Shown one piece after another: positions 61,637-64,000 of a stretch of DNA of 64,000 nt; the first letter of the stretch is position 1, and each line of letters starts with the position of its first letter. The DNA is taken from contig JBAYWK010000001.1 in assembly GCA_041674105.1 (NCBI GenBank), forward strand, positions 1,136-65,135, given 5' to 3'. The notes under the pieces were generated by a model. It saw nothing but the letters and a program-made list of their open reading frames with translations. It did not search any database and was not told where the DNA came from. The translations under genes and the position numbers were made by a program. Source of the stretch: Minisyncoccota bacterium (lineage in GTDB: Bacteria; Patescibacteriota; Minisyncoccia; Phycocordibacterales; DATDWN01).

Positions 61637-63817
61637 TCATTCGAAAGGATGCGGGAACTTGGTTAGCTGACCATAAGCCAACTTACCTTGTCTAAACCTC
61701 TCGGCAACTTCGTACAAACGCTTCATTCCAGCGGGTTCTTGGCGATTACCAAAGGTCATCTGTACAGTGCCAGGAACGATCACTCTGACAATATTCAGAT
61801 CGCCATTTCCACCATAGTCATCCGAGAGCTCGAGAGGAACAACTAAATGTTTCCACCCCTTATTCTCAAAACAACCAAGGAGGTCGCCCCAAGTTTTAGA
61901 AGTGTTACCCCCTATCTCTTGAAACGATACAGACCTCTGGCTTTCAACCAAGAAATCCGCACGATGGAAATATTGTCTTTGGCCGTAAAGACGGCCATGA
62001 TCATTAGGCCAGATGACCTCGTCTGGACGAATCTTGTCGGGCACACCATGTTGCAGACGATGAAGAACAGAGGCCTCCACTTCCATGAGCGCATGGCTAA
62101 CAGCATGCTCGATATCGAAACTGGAGCAAGACGCACAAGTGCTGAAAGTACACTCTGCACTTTGAGCCATGACAAATACCACAGGTGCCAGATCAAGCGA
62201 ATGATCAACAATCCACACCTCAAACCCAACATCCCTTAGCTCATAGATACGCTTTTGGATATGATCCGGTAGGGTATCTTCTGAAACTATTGGCATATCG
62301 AGTCTGCAAAAGTATGAATTGATGAATGCATCCCTCTCAATCAGTTCAAGAGTCCCGGTCTCAATCGCCGTTTGCTTATCAGGGTGCGCAGCGCATCCCG
62401 ACGAGTTTGAAAAACAATAGTAAGGCGTTTCTGGAAAATACGGAAAATAGACATGGTCGGCAAGAATATGAAATTCATTACCATCCAAGTCGAATCCTTT
62501 TGTCCAGTTGTACCTCATATCATCATCAAACTGTGCAAACGGAAACCCTTTGATCCTGTACTGGCTCTTGTGGAATCGGATAACTTCTCGAGGATCGATA
62601 ACATTATCCAACTCACGATAGGTAGCACAGGCCAGCTCCGGGATACATCCGCAAGAAGTCCATTCCTTGGTTTCAGAAATTGCTTTTTTCAAAGCCATTT
62701 CAGGAGAAGGGTCTCTACCGTGCGACCAGCTTCGTTTTTCTGATAAACGAGCTGAGGCTATAGCAAAACCAGGAGCATACCCATTGGCTATTGGAATAGC
62801 CCAGTCAACTTGCAAGGCCGAAGGCTTTTCCAACTCAACTTGCTCACCCTCTTTACCAAAAGCAACGAGAGTAAGAGGCTGGTAGTCATCAGGAAGTTCA
62901 ATAGACTGAGCAACGAGCTCGTCTACAAAACCTCCAATTTCCAGAGTTGCAACACCTTGACGAGTGGCTTCCAAAAGAATGTTCTGGGCGGAATGCCCAG
63001 CTTCCAGAGGAACGTACAACATGCTTCGGTTGCCATATTTTTGGTTCGATACAGTGAAAGAACCACTAATGACAATGACTCCATGAGTTCCTTTCTGAAT
63101 GCCAGCAGGACTCAAGAAAGATCTAGCGAACTTCAATACGTCAGTTGAGACAGACCTGAAGCCAACAGAACTTTCTTGATCGTAAAGCACTCGATATACC
63201 CCAGGATCCAAATCGCCTGTTTTTGCAAACAAACCAACATGAATCATTAGAGGGTAAAGTGCTCCAGCGGATGGCACAGAGCGATGAGACCGACCGTCAG
63301 CCGTCAGGCATTCTCCATATGCACTCCAGAGCAGATCAATGACAGTTTGAAAATCAACGGTCTCTCCAGAAAAAGTACGAACAGATTTGCGGCGGCCGAT
63401 AATCTCAAAGAGATCACTTTTTGAAGGTTGATAAGCTCTCTCTAAGTTCTCTTCACGGTGCCTTTCAGTGGCCTGAGATACCAGACGTGCCACATCTTCA
63501 TCGCTGACATTTGTCGGAAACCTCATTGGGTTCGTGACAGTTTGCCAGAACTCATCTTCAAGTGTTTTTCCATCAACAATCACTTGTTTTTGGAACAACT
63601 CCTCGATAAGTCCTTCGATTGATGCTCGGTCCCAATCCTGGGACAAGATATCAATTACTTCGTTAAACCCCCTGCTTCCATTGCAAACCTCCAAGAGGTG
63701 TGCAGTAACAGCTCGAGGAATCTCAACCACAACTTCTTTACCGAGAGTTATGAAGGTTGTTTTGTTACTTGTAATGAGGGCTGAAGCCCACACAACAGGG
63801 ATACTTTGCGAGTCCAT
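61637..63817 (-). CDS. Fused SagB-type (nitroreductase-like, McbC-family) dehydrogenase / YcaO-domain cyclodehydratase, 726 aa
   Basis: The N-terminal half (about 100-300) carries RRKSVRTFSGE...VPSAGALYPLMIHV...GVYRV, the SagB-type dehydrogenase signature. The C-terminal half carries the YcaO motifs ALKKAISETKEW (EAxERY-like) and TGTLELIERDAF (ExxER), plus a C-terminal Pro-containing tail. GC is about 50% against a window background near 33%. Confidence 0.75.
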   Translation of the reverse strand: MDSQSIPVVWASALITSNKTTFITLGKEVVVEIPRAVTAHLLEVCNGSRGFNEVIDILSQDWDRASIEGLIEELFQKQVIVDGKTLEDEFWQTVTNPMRFPTNVSDEDVARLVSQATERHREENLERAYQPSKSDLFEIIGRRKSVRTFSGETVDFQTVIDLLWSAYGECLTADGRSHRSVPSAGALYPLMIHVGLFAKTGDLDPGVYRVLYDQESSVGFRSVSTDVLKFARSFLSPAGIQKGTHGVIVISGSFTVSNQKYGNRSMLYVPLEAGHSAQNILLEATRQGVATLEIGGFVDELVAQSIELPDDYQPLTLVAFGKEGEQVELEKPSALQVDWAIPIANGYAPGFAIASARLSEKRSWSHGRDPSPEMALKKAISETKEWTSCGCIPELACATYRELDNVIDPREVIRFHKSQYRIKGFPFAQFDDDMRYNWTKGFDLDGNEFHILADHVYFPYFPETPYYCFSNSSGCAAHPDKQTAIETGTLELIERDAFINSYFCRLDMPIVSEDTLPDHIQKRIYELRDVGFEVWIVDHSLDLAPVVFVMAQSAECTFSTCASCSSFDIEHAVSHALMEVEASVLHRLQHGVPDKIRPDEVIWPNDHGRLYGQRQYFHRADFLVESQRSVSFQEIGGNTSKTWGDLLGCFENKGWKHLVVPLELSDDYGGNGDLNIVRVIVPGTVQMTFGNRQEPAGMKRLYEVAERFRQGKLAYGQLTKFPHPFE

Positions 63818-63862
63818 AGCCCCCTCCTTTCACTTGATTTTGTTAAAAAACTACCTGACGCG

Positions 63863-63890
63863 ACATTACAATATATCTATTCTTGAGTCA
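63863..63890 (-). promoter_or_regulatory. Sigma70-like promoter for the SagB-YcaO operon (-35 TTGACT, 16-nt spacer, -10 TAATGT), immediately downstream of the right repeat copy
   Basis: The minus strand reads acTTGACTcaagatagatatattgTAATGTcg. The RBS AAAGGAGGGG lies before the ATG at 63817. Confidence 0.45.
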
Positions 63891-63910
63891 AGTAAAACGG
63901 TAAAACGTAC

Positions 63911-64000
63911 GGAAGCAAATCAGATAATCATTTTCCTCACCGGAGCAAGGAAATTATCAGACATTCTTGGTAAAATACGTTCGAGCGTGGTTGTATAGAT
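63911..64000 (-). repeat. Right copy of the inverted repeat (shared upstream module), truncated by the window edge
   Basis: Reverse complement atctatacaaccacgctcgaacgtattttaccaagaatgtctgataatttccttgctccggtgaggaaaatgattatctgatttgcttcc, which aligns to the left copy. Confidence 0.85.

Noticed and set aside
60315-64000. Classical IS/transposon interpretation of the inverted repeats
   Set aside because: No transposase or integrase ORF lies between the repeats, and each repeat is immediately followed by an outward-to-inward promoter feeding a cargo gene. It is kept as an alternative hypothesis rather than a feature call.

Overview
This is an AT-rich (about 33% GC), gene-dense bacterial window, mostly on the minus strand. 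Its gene content (short genes, many hypotheticals, a full type IV pilus locus, GatCA, RNase J, an RF2 with no frameshift site) is consistent with a Patescibacteria/CPR-like genome, but that is an inference. Core genes include groES-groEL, secG, an OppA-like substrate-binding protein, RNase J, pyrD, pyrG, prfB-ftsE-ftsX, gatCA, ligA, glyA and recG. Accessory content includes a mannoside-phosphorylase-type cluster (two tandem-GH130 proteins, a cupin-type phosphomannose isomerase, a eukaryotic-type phosphomannomutase); a copper homeostasis operon (CsoR operator, csoR, copA, DUF411, membrane proteins); a complete type IV pilus locus (pilM/N/O, pilB, a response regulator, pilT, pilC, two near-identical pilin paralogs, pilD, four pseudopilins); and seven tRNAs. 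The most interesting feature is a GC-rich island at the 3' end (about 60.3-64.0 kb, cut by the window edge). It encodes a short Cys/Ser/Thr/Gly-rich peptide, a fused SagB-type dehydrogenase / YcaO cyclodehydratase (726 aa) and a HExxH metalloprotease-like protein, which together look like a compact azol(in)e-type RiPP (TOMM/LAP-like) cluster. The peptide gene and the SagB-YcaO gene are convergent, and each sits behind a copy of the same ~90-nt sequence (inverted relative to the other) followed by a sigma70-like promoter. Other second-look items are a tRNA-fMet 3'-end duplication with a 32-nt perfect palindrome between two tRNA-CAT genes, a membrane SH3b/HEPN-like protein, a type II tRNA with an apparent ACU anticodon, and a cytochrome b / molybdopterin-oxidoreductase fusion. 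All coordinates and calls come from reading the sequence and the ORF track; no database searches were run.
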